Of a stretch of 64,000 nucleotides of DNA, positions 26,130-40,210 are shown in pieces. Source of the stretch: Octopus bimaculoides. Its lineage: Eukaryota. Position 1 is the first letter of the stretch. Every line of letters begins with the position of its first letter. The position numbers and the translations under genes were made by a program. The notes under the pieces are model-generated. The model searched no databases. It saw nothing but the letters and a program-made list of their open reading frames with translations, and was not told the DNA's origin. The DNA lies in NCBI RefSeq assembly GCF_001194135.2, contig NC_068994.1, forward strand, positions 2,781,000 to 2,844,999, read 5' to 3'.

Positions 26130-26550
26130 CTCTCTTAGGTGAGTTTGATGCAACTGATGTTCCTCTTGAACAATTGTAAATCAATAACTGCCAAACAAGC
26201 ATGGGTAGGGATAAAATTCCTGAGGAATGTCATTAGAAAGAAAGGATTTGGAAAGTGGTTAGTGTGGGCCTAAGGAGGCAGGCATCATATGGAGAAGAGA
26301 AGAATAAAGAAGAGTTAGTTAGGTAAACTTGGGTGGAAGTGACATGAGACCAGCTAACCCAAATCCAATGACAAGAGACTACAATTGTAGCTGTAGAAAT
26401 AGCAGAACATGCCTTTCCTCCAGTTGTTGGAGAAAGTTGGTGAGCAACTCTGTCAATTAATCAGGTGGCCTTTTTGCAGATTCAATTTATGATGTACATG
26501 TGTGCAGCTGTGGCATTGTCCTAGATTTTACTGTGGTCCTCACTCGAGCC
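26130..26550 (-). mobile_element. CR1/L2-like LINE C-terminal remnant
   Basis: LYKARVR...ICKKAT.LID remnants. Confidence 0.45.
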
Positions 26551-26639
26551 TTGTAGAGAGATTAAAATCAAAGCAAAAGTTTTAGGAGGCAACAAATTAG
26601 GTTTTGATATCTGATTTAACCATTAATTATGGTTAATTT

Positions 26640-27750
26640 TGGGATATCTAGAACAATAACTCTACCAAGAAATAGTGGAAAACTATAGCACTGGATTTAG
26701 AAATTATATTGAAAAGGCATGGAAAAGATACCTTGACAGTTGTTTCATAATGTGGACAGAATCTCTAAATACATTGGAAGAGTTTAATATCCTCCTGAAC
26801 AACCTACACCCATCTCTCCAATTTATAAAAGAGATGAGTAGTACCATATTACCATTCCTAGTTATAATGGTAACTAAAAAGGACACCACCATTACCATAG
26901 ATATATACTACAATCACATGGACACACATCAATACTTGACTTTTAAGTCATGCCATCAACATACAAAACACAACATACCATACTGCTTAGCCAGAAGAAT
27001 TTGTACCATTGTAGAAGATGCAAATATCAAGAACAAACACCTAACAGAACTATGAGAATTTTTGCTCAAACAAAAATACTTGTCTCTACTTATAGAAAAT
27101 TGCATACAGCAGGCTATAAAAATACCCATACAACAACTGAAGACAACTCAAAGAAGAGGAAAACAGGAACAAGACATACCATTTATTCTGACACACAACC
27201 CATGTCACCAGATATCTTTAACATTGTCAAAGTAAACCTACAAATCATTGCTCAAAGTAATGAATTAAAAGATATAATCACAGATCGAGCCATGTTTCTT
27301 AGTAAAATCATTAACAAAGGAAAAGTTTGACCTCAGCAACAAAGACTAATCATTCACTGTATTTAAATGCAATGATAGGTGATGTGACACAAGCCAATTC
27401 ATGCATACCGACCAATATATGAACACAAAACCCAGAAAAATATTCACAAACACAAATATGAACTGCAAAAGCAGAAATTTAATTTACTGCATCAAGTACC
27501 CGATTCGTGAAGAACTATATGTAGGTCATGTACTGTCAATGCACTGTCAGAATGTTCATGTGTGCAACGACAGCAAATTAGAGATCCAGATGTCCGTCAG
27601 ATACATTTGAGTAACCATCTAGAAACATGCGGTTGGAAGATATTTATAATTCTTCCATTCTACAAACTATACAGTCCAAGTGAAATTGAGAGAAAAATCA
27701 GAGAAAAGAACTTTATTAATAAAGTTCAACCCAAGCTAAATAAACAATAA
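26640..27750 (+). mobile_element. Penelope-like element (RT C-terminus + GIY-YIG endonuclease), degenerate
   Basis: WKRYLDS, LPFL, DIYY..DTHQYL, IPYCLARRICTIV; CKSRNLIYCI..LYVG..REKNFINKVQPKLN*. Confidence 0.85.
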
Positions 27751-28074
27751 TACTAATGCACATTTTTCCTTGCTCATACCCCACTGAGCCATAAAACTAT
27801 CTCTCCTCACCACTACATCTTTCACCCTCCTCATTCACAATATTTGACACAACCCATCCAAGACTCCAGCAACCTACACAACCACAAGTCATCTCCCTCT
27901 CTCTTTTCTCTCTCTCTCTCTCTCATCCTTCACCTTTCTATTGTATTAATATCACTATTCTGTGGAGTTGATATAATATTAAAAAAGCCTATTTCCAAAT
28001 ATACAATGTATACCCCACCATTTCACAATATCCACAACTATTATCATCATAAGCTACTCTTTTATTCTTTTATT

Positions 28075-28450
28075 CATTTACTCGTTTCAGTCATTTGACA
28101 TGTTGGAGTACTGCCTTGAAGGGTTATAGGCAAAGCAAATCGATCCCAGGATTTATTTCTTAAGCCTAGAACTTACTCTATTGGTCTCTCATTCCAAACC
28201 ACTAAGTTACGAGGATGTAAACTCACCAAAACCTATTGTCAAGCAGTGATGGAGGGGGGGGGGGCACAGATACAAAGACATGCACACATAGATATATACA
28301 TATATCTTCTTTGAATGTCTATCCACCAAATCCACTCACAAGGCTTTGGTTGGTCCAAGGCTATAGAAAAAGATACTTGCTCAAGGTGCCATGCAGTGAG
28401 ACTGAACACAGAACCATGTGGTTGGGAATCAAGTCTTTTACTGTACCTAT
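28075..28450 (-). mobile_element. Second tRNA-SINE family with central (CA)/(TA) tract
   Basis: CTACCAAATCCACTCACAAGGCTTTGG...CAAGGTGCC..CAGTG.GACTGAAC..AGAACCATGTGGTTGG block; related copies at 60230-60380 (-) and ~62170-62400 (+). Confidence 0.8.
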
Positions 28451-28899
28451 ACAAGCCATGCCTCTGCTTTATAATTATTTCATGAGGAACATAATTCTAA
28501 TGCTGATACAGAGCTGTTATATATGTTATATATACACTCATATGTTATATATATATGTTATATATACACTCATACATTAAAAAACAGATATGTACCAAGT
28601 TCCAATTAGATGGCAAGCTAGAATACTCAATGAAATTTTACTTTCCACTCTCCTCCAAATTTCTTGTTAGCTTCTATCATGATGCCTTTTTCAGTTGTTC
28701 CCCTTGCAACATCTGTTTTCTGATAGTTGCTAATACATTGGTTTGTCATGTGAATGTAGACTACAGGAGCCATCTAACTCATAAAATAAAGATTTGCTTG
28801 ACACTATGTAGCATTAATTTAGTTCATAGACTTCAGTGTTTTGGAACGAACAATTGAAGGCAATCTGAATAAGTCTTAATATTTCAAAATAGTCACATT

Positions 28900-30250
28900 A
28901 TTCTATCATGATGCTTTCTTTCTCAATTAAGACTATATCTGGCTTCCCTATTCTCAATCTCATGGTTGCACTGAATCATAAAATCCCACAGGATCTTTGC
29001 ATTATCATTTTCGATGATGCCTTCGGGTTTATGGTCATACCAATTTTTTGCTCTGTCAAGTCCATATTTGTTGTAAAGTGTCCAATGGACAAGCCTTGCT
29101 ATACTGTCGTGGCATTTCTTATATTCCTTCCAGGCTAGTAGCATACATTGGCTGGTAATATGCCATACGGTTTCACCATTTTGTCCACAAATTCTGCACT
29201 TATCACTTTCTGATATGTTGTCTATTCTGTATTTTATGTAATTTGTTCTTAGTGCTTGCTCTTGGGCAGCACAGATTAGAGCCTCCGTTTCCGGTTTTAA
29301 ATCACTTTTAGTGATCCACAAACATCTTTTTTCTCTGTCTGTCTTATCTTCATCATCCCTATGAAATTGTCCATGTATTCTTTTCTTTATCCACCTGTTT
29401 TCAGTTTCATTCTTTTTCAATTGCTTGTACAGTGCTTTATCTTTGCAATCTGTCATCTTACACAAGCCTGACCTTCTTACTTCTAATAAGTGGTTCTGTG
29501 GCATTTTTTTACGTACCATGCTATGTTGTTTTCTTCTGCTCTAATGCTGTGTTCACATCCAATAAGTCCTCTTCCCCCTCTTTTTCTTGGTACATACAGT
29601 CTGCCTGTGCCACTTTTTGGGAGGAGTGTTCCATATCTAGTTAGCAACTTCCTTGTCTTTCTGTCTAAGTTCTTTAGTTTGTCTACTGACCATGCAATTA
29701 CCCCTGCTCCATATCTAAGGAGTGAAACCGCCCAGGTGTTGATAGCTTCAATCTTATTCTGTCCATTTAATTTCGACTCAAGGATCAATCTCAGTCTGCA
29801 CAAGTACCCCACCTTAAATTTTTCTGTCATTTCTTTCTTCATCAATTTATCCATTTCCAGAGTCCCCAAGTACTTATAGCCCATCTCTTCTATCTGCTTC
29901 ATAACCTCCCCCGATGGTATCATTAGCCTGTCCATACATTTGATTTTGCCTCTCTTCAAGACTAACACACCACACTTTCTCAGTTTGAACTCCATTCTGA
30001 TATCAGCACTGAAAGTATACACTGTATCAGCGAGGGAACTGACTTGGGCTTCATCTTTACTATAAAGTTTGAGGTCATCCATGAATAACAAATGGTTGAC
30101 TTTTTGTTGACGGCTTTTGAATACACACCCAGCTCTTGCTTTCTTCAGAATCAGTGTTAGTGGTATCAATCACAGTACAAAGACCAGTGGGGATAGGCAG
30201 TTCCCTTGGAAGATGCCCCTCCTAATTTCTACTGTCCCTAAACTTTTTCC
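28900..30250 (-). mobile_element. R4/Dong-type LINE (RT, CCHC finger, start of restriction-like endonuclease), 5'-truncated
   Basis: NHLLFMDDLKLY, GYKYLG, KLNGQNKIEAINTWAV, LYVPRKRGGRGL, CRICGQNGETVWHITSQC, KILWDF; abuts an (ATT)n/(TA)n tract at 30310-30466. Confidence 0.9.
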
Positions 30251-30379
30251 AAGCAATCGCTCAACATTCGATGCAATTTTTCCAAGCAATCACTCAACAT
30301 TCAATGCAATAAATTATTATTATTACCATTATTATTATTATTATTATCATTATTATTATTTTTATTATTTTCATTATTT

Positions 30380-30469
<90 letters not shown>

Positions 30470-30729
30470 GGGATCATAAATCCGAAATACTGACCGTCAA
30501 CAAAATTAGATTGTCAATCAACAAATTGTTTTCTTAACTATCATATATTCTATCATATTTTATGTGAGTGCAGATAGTTTCAAAAGAAGCAATATAAGGG
30601 AGGTCACTCTACTCAACTACCGTCTTTTGGAAAAGAATGCAAAATAAAGCATTGAACTTGGAAATAAACTTCAAAGAGAAATATATATTTAAAAGCTAGT
30701 TGTTAAAATGGATGTATACAAAGCAATGT

Positions 30730-32200
30730 ACTCAGGCTGCCTCTAGGAGCTTCTCTTTGTTAATGACCTTACTCTAATAGCTGAGTCACTACCAGAACTA
30801 GAGAAAAAGTTTCAGGTGTGGAAGCAAGGTCTAGAATTGAAAGGCCATAGAGTCAATCTAGCAAAAACCAAAGACTTAATAAGTAGGAAAGCAGACAAAT
30901 CACAAATCCCTTCAGATTGAGCACAAATCCCTGCTCAATCTGTAGAAAAGGCATTGGCAAAAAGTCCATACGATGTACCCGGTGTAAGCTATGGATACAT
31001 AAGAAGTGCAGTAATATCAAAGGAAGGTTAACTGGGAAGATAGTCTTTGTGTGTGGCAGAAGAACAGGTGCAATAAACACTGAAGATGTACAGGATACAG
31101 ATTCCATCACATGCCAGGGGAAAAAGCTAGAAGTAGTTGATAGCTTCGATTACCTAGGTGACCAAGTCAGTAGTGGGGGGTGAATGCTCTGAGAGCGTAG
31201 CTGCTCGAATAAGAATAGCCTGGGCAAAAGTTAGAGAGCTCCTACCTCTGCTGATAACAATGGGCCTCTTCCTCAGAGTGAAAGGTAGACTGTATGGTAC
31301 CTGTGTGCAAACAATCATGCTACACAGCAGTGAAACATGGGCTGTGACTGCTGAGGACATGCGTGGGCTTGGAAGAAATGAAGTTAGTATGCTCTGCTGG
31401 ATGTGTAATGTCAGTGGGCAAACATGACAGAGTGTAAGTGCTCTGAGAGAAAAGTTGGACATAAGAAGCATCAGATGTGATGTGCAAGGGAGACAACTGT
31501 GCTGGTATGGTCGTGTTGCATAAGGATGAGTACAGCTGTGTGAAGAAGTGTTACACTCTAACAGTGGAGGGAGCTTGTAGAAGAGGTAGACCCAGGAAGA
31601 GATGGGATGAGGTGGTGAAGTACGACCTTCAAACATTGGGCTTCACAGAGGCAATGACAAGTGACCGAGACCTTTGGAGATATGCTGTGCTTGAGAAGAC
31701 CTGGCCTGTCCAGTGAGAACATAGCCATGACAGATACCAGTGTCGCATAACTGGCCCATTTAAAAATACCCTTCAATCATTGGGCAATATGCCATGCTTG
31801 TAAAAACCTTTTGGACCAAGTGAAATTGTAGTCATGGCCAATGCCAGTGGCACCTGACTGGCAACCATGCCAGTGACATGTAAAAGCACCATTCAAGCAT
31901 GGCTGATGCTAGTACTGCCTGACTGGTACCTATACCAGTGACAAATAAAAAGCACCATTTGTGCGTGGTCAATGCCAGTGATACCAGACTGGCTTCTGTA
32001 CCGGTTGCACATAAAAAACACACGCTACACTCTTGGAGTGGTTAGCGTTAGGAAGGGCATTCAACTGTAGAAACCTTGCCAAATCAAATTGGAGCCTGGT
32101 GCAGCCTCCTGGTGTGTCAGTCCTCAGTCAAACCGTCCAATCCATGCCAGCATGGAAAGCGGAAATTAAACGATGATGGTGATGATAATGATAGTAACCT
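30730..32200 (+). mobile_element. RTE LINE, 5'-truncated, with PHD-like insert, three ~65-bp 3'UTR tandem repeats and (GAT)n tail
   Basis: ELLFVND (YADD), ELEKKFQVWKQGLE, PCSICRKG..CTRCKLWIHKKC, SFDYLG, LHSSETWA, RGRPRKRWDE; repeats at 31835-32020; tail ATGATGGTGATGATAATG. Related 3' ends at 25970-26105 and 50700-50870. Confidence 0.9.
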
Positions 32201-34690
32201 TCATGTGAGGATGTAAAGAAGGTGCCAGAGAAGCTAAAATGGTTGATATAATACTTCAAAATCTATGAGCTTAACTAAAAATCACAAAACGTGTTTGTCA
32301 GGTGACCTTCCAGTTCTGCTTCTCTGCACCATATTGGTTTCTCAAAATGTATAATCAAGATTTTTTTTACTTCTATGCCTCACCAAATTTTATATGGTGA
32401 ACTTTATACTGAAAGAAGGCTCCATGGCTGTCCCCTCTGTTGATACAAGTACTAGCTGAAGCAAAGCCTAAAACTGACTGAAATCAGGGCTTGGGACATT
32501 GAAGCTCAGGACAGGCCTGGCTGGCATCATTCTATCTTCACTGTGACAGATCATTTTGAAGCAGAACAACAGAGGAAAAAAGAAGAGAAATGACAAGAAA
32601 GAAAATGGAGGCTGCAACAACCAAAGCCTCCATGACGGATCCCTTGTGGACATTGCTATAGACACTTCCAAGCAAGAATCAGTCTCATTAGTCATTAGAA
32701 ACATAAACATGGACAGAGGGGAAGAAATGGTCAAGAAGAAGCCAAATAAATTATTGGACACATGATAAAATGCTGATGGTAGTCAAGATTATTTCTACTA
32801 TTATATGAAAGAATTTTAGAACAGATTACTCACACAACAACACACTTTAAGATTAGATCTAGTTTTTTGCATTCACAAAATATGCATTTTTTTAAAAAGA
32901 AGTAAAAAATCTGATAATTGGCTATATTAATGTAGCCTTCCAGTCTCATTGCTTTGAAGGTATGATGTAGTGGAGAAAAAAATTGGAGAAAACAGTTACG
33001 GAAGTTTAAAAATAAAAAAAACTAGTTATTTTTAGCCAAAGGCGAGACAAATTTTCTGCGTTCAGTGGAGTGATGTCAACTTTAAGGTTGTATCCTGTAA
33101 AATTTATAATTTAGCATTGGACTTGTTCATTGTAGGTTTCTAAATAAACAGAATTACTTAATTTCATTGCAGGTTTCTGAAATAAACAGAAAATCTTAAA
33201 ATCAGCATGCATCATTTTACTGTTCTTTTGTCTCTTTATTTGTATTTTCTTTATAATTTTTAAAAATTTGTTATATTAATATATTTGCATGTGTTTACTT
33301 TATGCGTATTTCAGTATTATGTAGACCTGTCATGTACTTGTGTACATCATTAATATATAAGTGCATGTGCTTGAGTGTGTGTATGTGTACATGAAAAGTG
33401 GGCAGCTGTCTCCAAAACTTCAAAGTTGAGTAACATTTTCATGCTTGGATTTGTAAACTACGATAAGAATAACACTGGTCAACAAAGAATTTGTCCCAAG
33501 GAAAAGAATACCTGTATTTTATATGCTTTTGCATGCAGAATTCAAAAATAATGTCAACTTATCTGTGTCACCCACAGTTTCTCTGTTCCACAATATCCTT
33601 CTCAGTTCCTGTTATGTGGGCTAAATTTCAGTTCAGCTGTTGAAATGTGAAGCTAATGGTTTAAGAAATACTCCTAATTTAAATTTTTATGAATACATTT
33701 AACCTAGTGAAATCATAAATCCAGCTAACTGAGTAAATGAGTCCCCACAAAAAAAAAAAAAAAACGAAATATGTAAAAATACTAGCACACAGAAAAAGCA
33801 CAGAAAAATACTAATACACAGAAGCACAGAAAAATATGTGATATACTAACACACAAAAATTAAAACAAAACAGCAATACAGACAACAGGGAACCGCAACA
33901 CAGCTTGCGGTTGTCATGGTAACAAACTGCTAATGCCACGCTGTCTGTTGATTGGATAAAATTACCCAAATTTCCCAACTTTAATTCCAAATGACATCAG
34001 ATTCTTTAATTTACAAGATAAAGTAATTGGTTGATCGTAATCAAAATTCCAAGTTGCATCGATGCACCAAAATTGAAAGCAATCTGAGCAAAATTAAGGA
34101 GTGGCTCATTTTGCGAATGAGAAAGACTAGATCTCCAAAATTTAAGAAAAATTAGTATTCCATTAAAAATTTCCCGTCGTTATTTTTTAGAAACAATAAA
34201 ATAAAATTATATTCATACGTTTATAATTTTTAAATATTTCAGCATTCAGAAATAGATACGTTGTAAGGGGAACAACTCAGATATTTCAATGATTACATTT
34301 ACAGGTAACGACTATGCATAAATATCAAGATGACTTATCTGTTGCGAAATAATATGTGCGCGCGCGCGTGTGTGCGTGCATGCGAGCGCGAGAGTTGGCT
34401 GTTAATTCAATCGAACATAAAGAAATCAAAAAAGTAGTGAAAAAAGCAATTAATAATTTTTGAAATATTTTCACCAAACCTGATAGTATGAAAGGTAGCA
34501 AAGCATGATAAAAGATAATAAGAGTAGAAATTAATATTATTTTTAGCATACAAGGGATCCACTTAGTGGTCTCTCCTCTTGTTTATGTCTAAATGTAATT
34601 CATGATAAAAGATATCAGTAACAAATTCTTATAACAATTCATAATACAACTATAAAGTGCAATGTAACTTTTTATCCACATAAAAAAATG

Positions 34691-34727
<37 letters not shown>

Positions 34728-34941
34728 NNNNNNNNNNNNNNNNNNNNNNNNNNNNNNNNNNNNNNNNNNNNNNNNNNNNNNNNNNNNNNNNNNNNNNNNN
34801 NNNNNNNNNNNNNNNNNNNNNNNNNNNNNNNNNNNNNNNNNNNNNNNNNNNNNNNNNNNNNNNNNNNNNNNNNNNNNNNNNNNNNNNNNNNNNNNNNNNN
34901 NNNNNNNNNNNNNNNNNNNNNNNNNNNNNNNNNNNNNNNNN

Positions 34942-35145
34942 CCAAAATTTCTCTCAAGGACTGAGATGAGACAAATCCTGTATCAGACTAACAATCCTGT
35001 TGCAATAACTAGAAATGCAGAAGAGATATTTAACCGAAATCTTCAATCAATAAATCCAAAAAGTCCTTATTATACAGAGACAGAACAACCAATAAATGAA
35101 TGGAAATTCTCAACAACACCCAGGAGGCTACCACCAGTTCCTCAG
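34942..35145 (+). pseudogene. Orphan protocadherin: 3' end of large exon (proximal cytoplasmic tail)
   Basis: PKFLSRTEMRQILYQTNNPVAITRN...EWKFSTTPRRLPPVPQ, very similar to units 2 and 3; begins at an N-gap; donor reads CAG|ATATGT instead of GT. Confidence 0.85.
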
Positions 35146-35473
35146 ATATGTAAAATATAATCTATTAACATCTATGAATATGTTCATAATTTCATATATA
35201 AATATCATTTCTACAGAAGAAATGGAATGAATATGTCATTATGTATTATGAGGAAATTAAATTAATTCTGAAGCTTTCAACATGGTTATAATTGTCATAA
35301 ATAGATTTTTGGGTTTCGTTATTGGGATAGATTGCATAAAGAACATCAGAATTTAGCAGTAAGTGAATAACCAGAGTAAAATTCCTTATGCAATTCTTAT
35401 TATATATCATAGAAAAATAATAGAAACCATTTAGAATAAAATGTAAAAAGCATTTGCAAGTATTTGAAAATAT

Positions 35474-36476
35474 ATGAGTGTCGGCTGAAAAGTTCATCGG
35501 CTGACCAAGATACTCTCATGGAATGTAATCTCAACATAGTCCCCGTTGCAATTCACACAAGTCTTCCATCGGTGTTGCAGGATCCTATTTGAGAATAGGG
35601 AGGGTGAAAAACTTCTTCAAATTCACAGTCATGCATAGCAGCCATTGAAACCAAGAAGTTATGTACTAGAGCATTGTCCTGATGAAACAAGATCCCTTTA
35701 TTCAGTTTTCTTGGGCATTTAGTTTTTATAGCCTTTCATAAATGCTTCAGAAAGTTGGTATAGTTCTCTCCATTGATGGTGTGGCCCCTTTGAAGATAAT
35801 CAATAAACACAGTGCCTTTTGTATCCCTTCCCTGCTGATAAAATGACCTTGTCCCTCTTTGGAGCAAATAAGGAGGGGCGTTTCCACTGCATGGATTGTC
35901 TCTTTGTTGCTGTGTCATAGTGATGAAGCCAGTACTCATCCTAGTTAAGACATACTCAAGGAAACCAACTGGATCTGCCTGAAACAATGTCAGATTTTCC
36001 CATGATGTGATCAGCCTGGTGGGCTTTTGATCACATGTCAGAAGACATGGCACTTGCTAAGCAGAAACCTTCATCATATCAAGTTCATTGAGCAGAATAT
36101 TTTCAACTCGCTCACAGGATATGCTAATAACATTGGTTATTTGATTTATAGTCAATTGCTGGTCATCCATCAACTTGTGTTGAATACAGTCAATGTCTTC
36201 CTTGGTGGTAACAGTTGCAGGACATCCAGATCTTGGGTCATCTTCAAGACTCTCCATTCCCCTCCTAAATTCAGCTGTCCATTTTCAAGAGAAGTCGTTA
36301 CTAGTTACTTTTGAAGTTTTCTTTGAAATATCAGATGTCAGTTTACCTAGAAAGAAATCATGCTGAAATAAATAAATTATTAATTTCTGCATAGTTGAAA
36401 TTAATGCATGCAAGATTTCACAGCACTGGCATCACTCCTTCATAGTCAGCCTATGAACTTTTCATCCCCCCCCCCA
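35474..36476 (-). mobile_element. mariner transposon, internally deleted
   Basis: TIR core TGAAAAGTTCATCGGCTGAC (35486-35505) vs GTCAGCCTATGAACTTTTCA (36445-36464), 19/20; LEDDPRSGCP, KVSARWVP, TDE-W-HHY-like, FHQDNA remnants. Confidence 0.9.
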
Positions 36477-37365
36477 CACACACACACTTGTAGCTCTAAG
36501 AACATATTGTTGTTTTGTTAGCATGGGGATTTAGGTTCTGAGAGTTTTCAGTAAATGGGTGTTTGCGAGTGAGGCAATAAGCCAACCAATAAATCTGTTC
36601 TTAGAATAAATATAATTCAGGATACTAATCACTGAATGCAATATGAAATTCCATATAAAAGGGAAACATTTTATTCTGAGTTGTTCAATTATAGTCCAAC
36701 TTGCTGAAGATATTTTGTCCTATGTCTGCATGTTGTATTTATATATTTCATTTTGTATTTATTTACCTTGTCAGCAATATGAAACAGAAATCCTGTCAAT
36801 AATAGTTAGTTATAGCAACTCTTGTCTCTCAAGAGAGAGAGCACACTTTCTTAGTTAATACTATGAATGCAATGCTTAAAGAAGTCAGAAATCAGATGGA
36901 TAGTGGGTTCCATTCAATACAGATATCTATTAGAAGAGAGCACTTTCTTACAATTTCATCACATGAAAATACTAAGAGGAATCAAGATGTAATCTATACA
37001 CAGTGTAAGAAAAGATTGTAACTTTAAATATTTGAGGCATCAAGTTTTATTCTCTCAAATGGTTTAACCTTTGTGCAACATACCTACATTACTGTGGCTC
37101 CTGGCTTGATATTCAGTTAATATGAATAACCCATACAAACTTTCTCTTCTTAAGTCTCATGATAAATAATTTTTCATTACATAGACTACTTTTTTGAAAT
37201 ACTTTCCTCCTTTCAATCATATCAAACCCCACATTAACCTCACTCATATTATTTACATCTTTTTCTAACTATCTAATATGTTAAAAGTTTCACAGAATGT
37301 TAACAGTTCTTCCTACTCTTCCTACTTGAACATAGTTATTATTATTGATTGTTATTTGAAGTTGA

Positions 37366-39800
37366 TGATTGGCAGAATTGTTAGAGCTTCAAACCAAATG
37401 CTTTGCAGTATTTGTTTCAGTTCTTTACATTCTGAGTTCATATTCTGACATGGTGCACTCTGCTGTTGGATTCAATAGAATAAAGTACTAGTAAGTCTTG
37501 GGGTTGATGCAATTGACTAACCCCCTTCTTTCAAAATTGAAGGCCTTGTACCTAAATCATAACTCATTATTATTATTTGAGGGCAGAGAATTGGTAGAAT
37601 CATTAGAGCATTGGACAAAGTGTTTTGTGGTATTTAGTTACAGCACATCATATTCTGATTTCAAATTCCACTGAGATCAGCTTTGCCCTTCATCCTTTTG
37701 GAATTGATAAAATAAAGTACCAATCAAGTAATGATGTTGAAGGTATTGATGAAAATCCTCCCTTGAAACCTGTGTCCATGTACCTAAATAAGAAGCCATT
37801 ATGATTATTATTATTATTATTATTATTATTATCATTATTATTACTATTATTATTTAGGACAGAAGTGAGTTGATTACATTGACCCATGTGCCCAAAGTTG
37901 ACCTTAACTGAGTTTAAATTCTGTTCAGGTCAACTTAGCCTTTCATCCTTTCAGTGTTAATGAAATAAGTACCACTTGAGCCCTTAGATTAATGTAATCA
38001 ACTAATCTCCTCCCACAGAATTCCAGACCCTGTACCAATAGTAGAAAGGATTGTTGTTGTTGTTGTTGTCAAGGTGATGTGCCAGCAGAATTGTCAGCAC
38101 ACTGGACAAAGTGCTTAGCAGCATTGCTCCCCTCCAAATTACTGGCCTTGCACCAAAATTTGCAATCATTATCATTGTTATTATTTTTTTCCTTGTGTGC
38201 ACTCCTGTCGGGATTACATTTTGTAGATTTTTTTCCCAAAGATAAATGGTTGTTCTCTTTCTGTGTCTATCACAAGAAATTACAAATGGAGATTAGAAAG
38301 TTATTTTCAATATTTCTCTGTCTTATTAGGGTAAAAAAATTACATTTTTGGTGGATACTTTCAGTTCGTTTTATGCTTTTTTGTGCATGTATTTTTTATT
38401 TAACCACATATAAAAATAGTTCTTTACATTATGATAGTAGGAGAAGTACACACACACACACACACATGCCCATGTACACACTCATAGAGGCTTTGTTACA
38501 TGAAAGTAATGATAGAAATTGAAATAAAAGAGCTTCATTTTCAAACAAAATTTGCATCACCCCAGTACTTGAGTGGTACTTTATTGATCCCAGTGGGATG
38601 ACTAGCAAAGTTGACCATGACAGAATTTGAACTCAGAAAGTAAAATGCTGGAATAAGTATTGTAAGGCACTTTTTTTTACAGTGCTCTAGTGTTTCTGCC
38701 TGTCCACTACATAATTCAGATTAGCAAGTCCAGCAATTTTATCAATTTTGGAAAGAAAAACGCAGAGTTGATCTTGTAATTTGAACTCAGAACTTTAAGA
38801 GCCAGATCAAATATTGCAGGGCACTTTTTACTGTACATTAATGATTCAGCTACGCTGCCACCTTAATTGTTTATAACATACACACAAAATTTAGGAAGTG
38901 ATCTTAGTTAACTATTTTAAAGCTTGACTAGTAGTTTATCTATGGATTCCACAATAATGAAAGGTAGTTGACCTTAGAAGAATTTGAACTGAATATGTAA
39001 AGGGTTGGAAGGTATTTTGTTTAATGTTCAAAGGATTCTGCTTGGCACAAGGCCAGCAATTTCAGGGGAAGGATTAAGTCGATTATATTGACCCCAATGC
39101 TCAACTGGTACTTATTTTATTGATCTTAAAAAGATGAAAGGCAACGACAACCTCAGTGGTATTTGAACTCAGAACATAAAGATGGATGAAATGCTGCTAA
39201 GCATTTTGCCCAGTATGCTAATGATTCTGCCAGCTCACCATAATAATAATAATAATAATGATAATAATAATGCTTTCTAATTGATGTATCAATACCAGCA
39301 GATGACAACGTTTCCCTAAAAGAAATGGAAAAACTTTCAAAATACAAAGACCTGGAAATAGAGGTAACTCGAATGTGGAATCTGAAAACAGAAACAATTC
39401 CTATCATAGTAGGTGCCTTAGGTATAATAAAAAAATATTCAGACAAATACATAACAAAAACATCAGGANNNNNNNNNNAAACCACAGCACATACCCAAGG
39501 CACACAGAGCTGTGCTCAGTAGTGAAGTGAAAGCACGTTATAAAAATAAAACTACTGAACAATAATAATAATAATGCTTTCTACTGGAGGCACAAGGCCT
39601 CAAATTTGGTGGGAGGGAACTAGTCGATTACATCAATCCCAGTATTTCACTGGTACTTAATTTATCGACTCCGAAAGGATGAAAAGCAAAGTTGACCTCG
39701 GTGGAATTTGAACACTGAACCTAGCAGCAGACAAAATACCATTAAGCATTTCACCTGGCATGCTAATGATTCTGCCAGCTCACCACCTTAATAATGATAA
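37366..39800. mobile_element. Dense cluster of about 8-9 tRNA-SINE copies in both orientations
   Basis: Repeated A/B-box heads and bodies (+ at 37366, 37580, 38065; - at ~37860, 38550, 38740, 39050, 39584) separated by (AAT)n. Confidence 0.8.
39280..39564 (+). mobile_element. 5'-truncated R4/Dong LINE 3' end inserted in a SINE (AAT)n tail
   Basis: IDVSIPADDNVSLKEMEKLSKYKDL..IPIIVGALG; 19-bp TSD ATAATAATAATGCTTTCTA at 39261-39279 and 39565-39583. Confidence 0.85.
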
Positions 39801-40210
39801 TAATAATAATGATAATTTTCCTTTCTATTATTTCATGTAACTTTAGTAACTGAGGTTAGATGTAATATAATTGACCCAATATTTTCTGGAAATATACCTA
39901 ATTGTATCATTTAGTTCATGCTACTTTGATTATAAAGCAAGTAAAATAGCTACACTGCTGCCATTAACAGCCTTTTGATATTTTCTTTTAAAAAGTGATA
40001 ATTTATAAATGTTAGTTCAATCTCAATTATAACTTATAATTTTAACTATAATTCTAACTTTTAACTTTTAATTCCTTATAACTATCAGTTATAAGGAATT
40101 AAAGCAAGATTATTTTTCCCCCTTTTTATCAGAAATTAGATTTTTTAACTGTATGTAACAATGGAGATAACATGTGCAAAGTAAGTTTCCCATTTATCTT
40201 TTTCTGAAAG

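Noticed and set aside
31835-32020. Three ~65-bp repeats resembling a CRISPR-like array
   Set aside because: Contiguous degenerate tandem units without spacers, in the 3'UTR of an RTE LINE in an animal genome.
32460-33760. Possible coding or DNA-transposon fragments
   Set aside because: No recognisable domain or convincing TIR/TSD pair.
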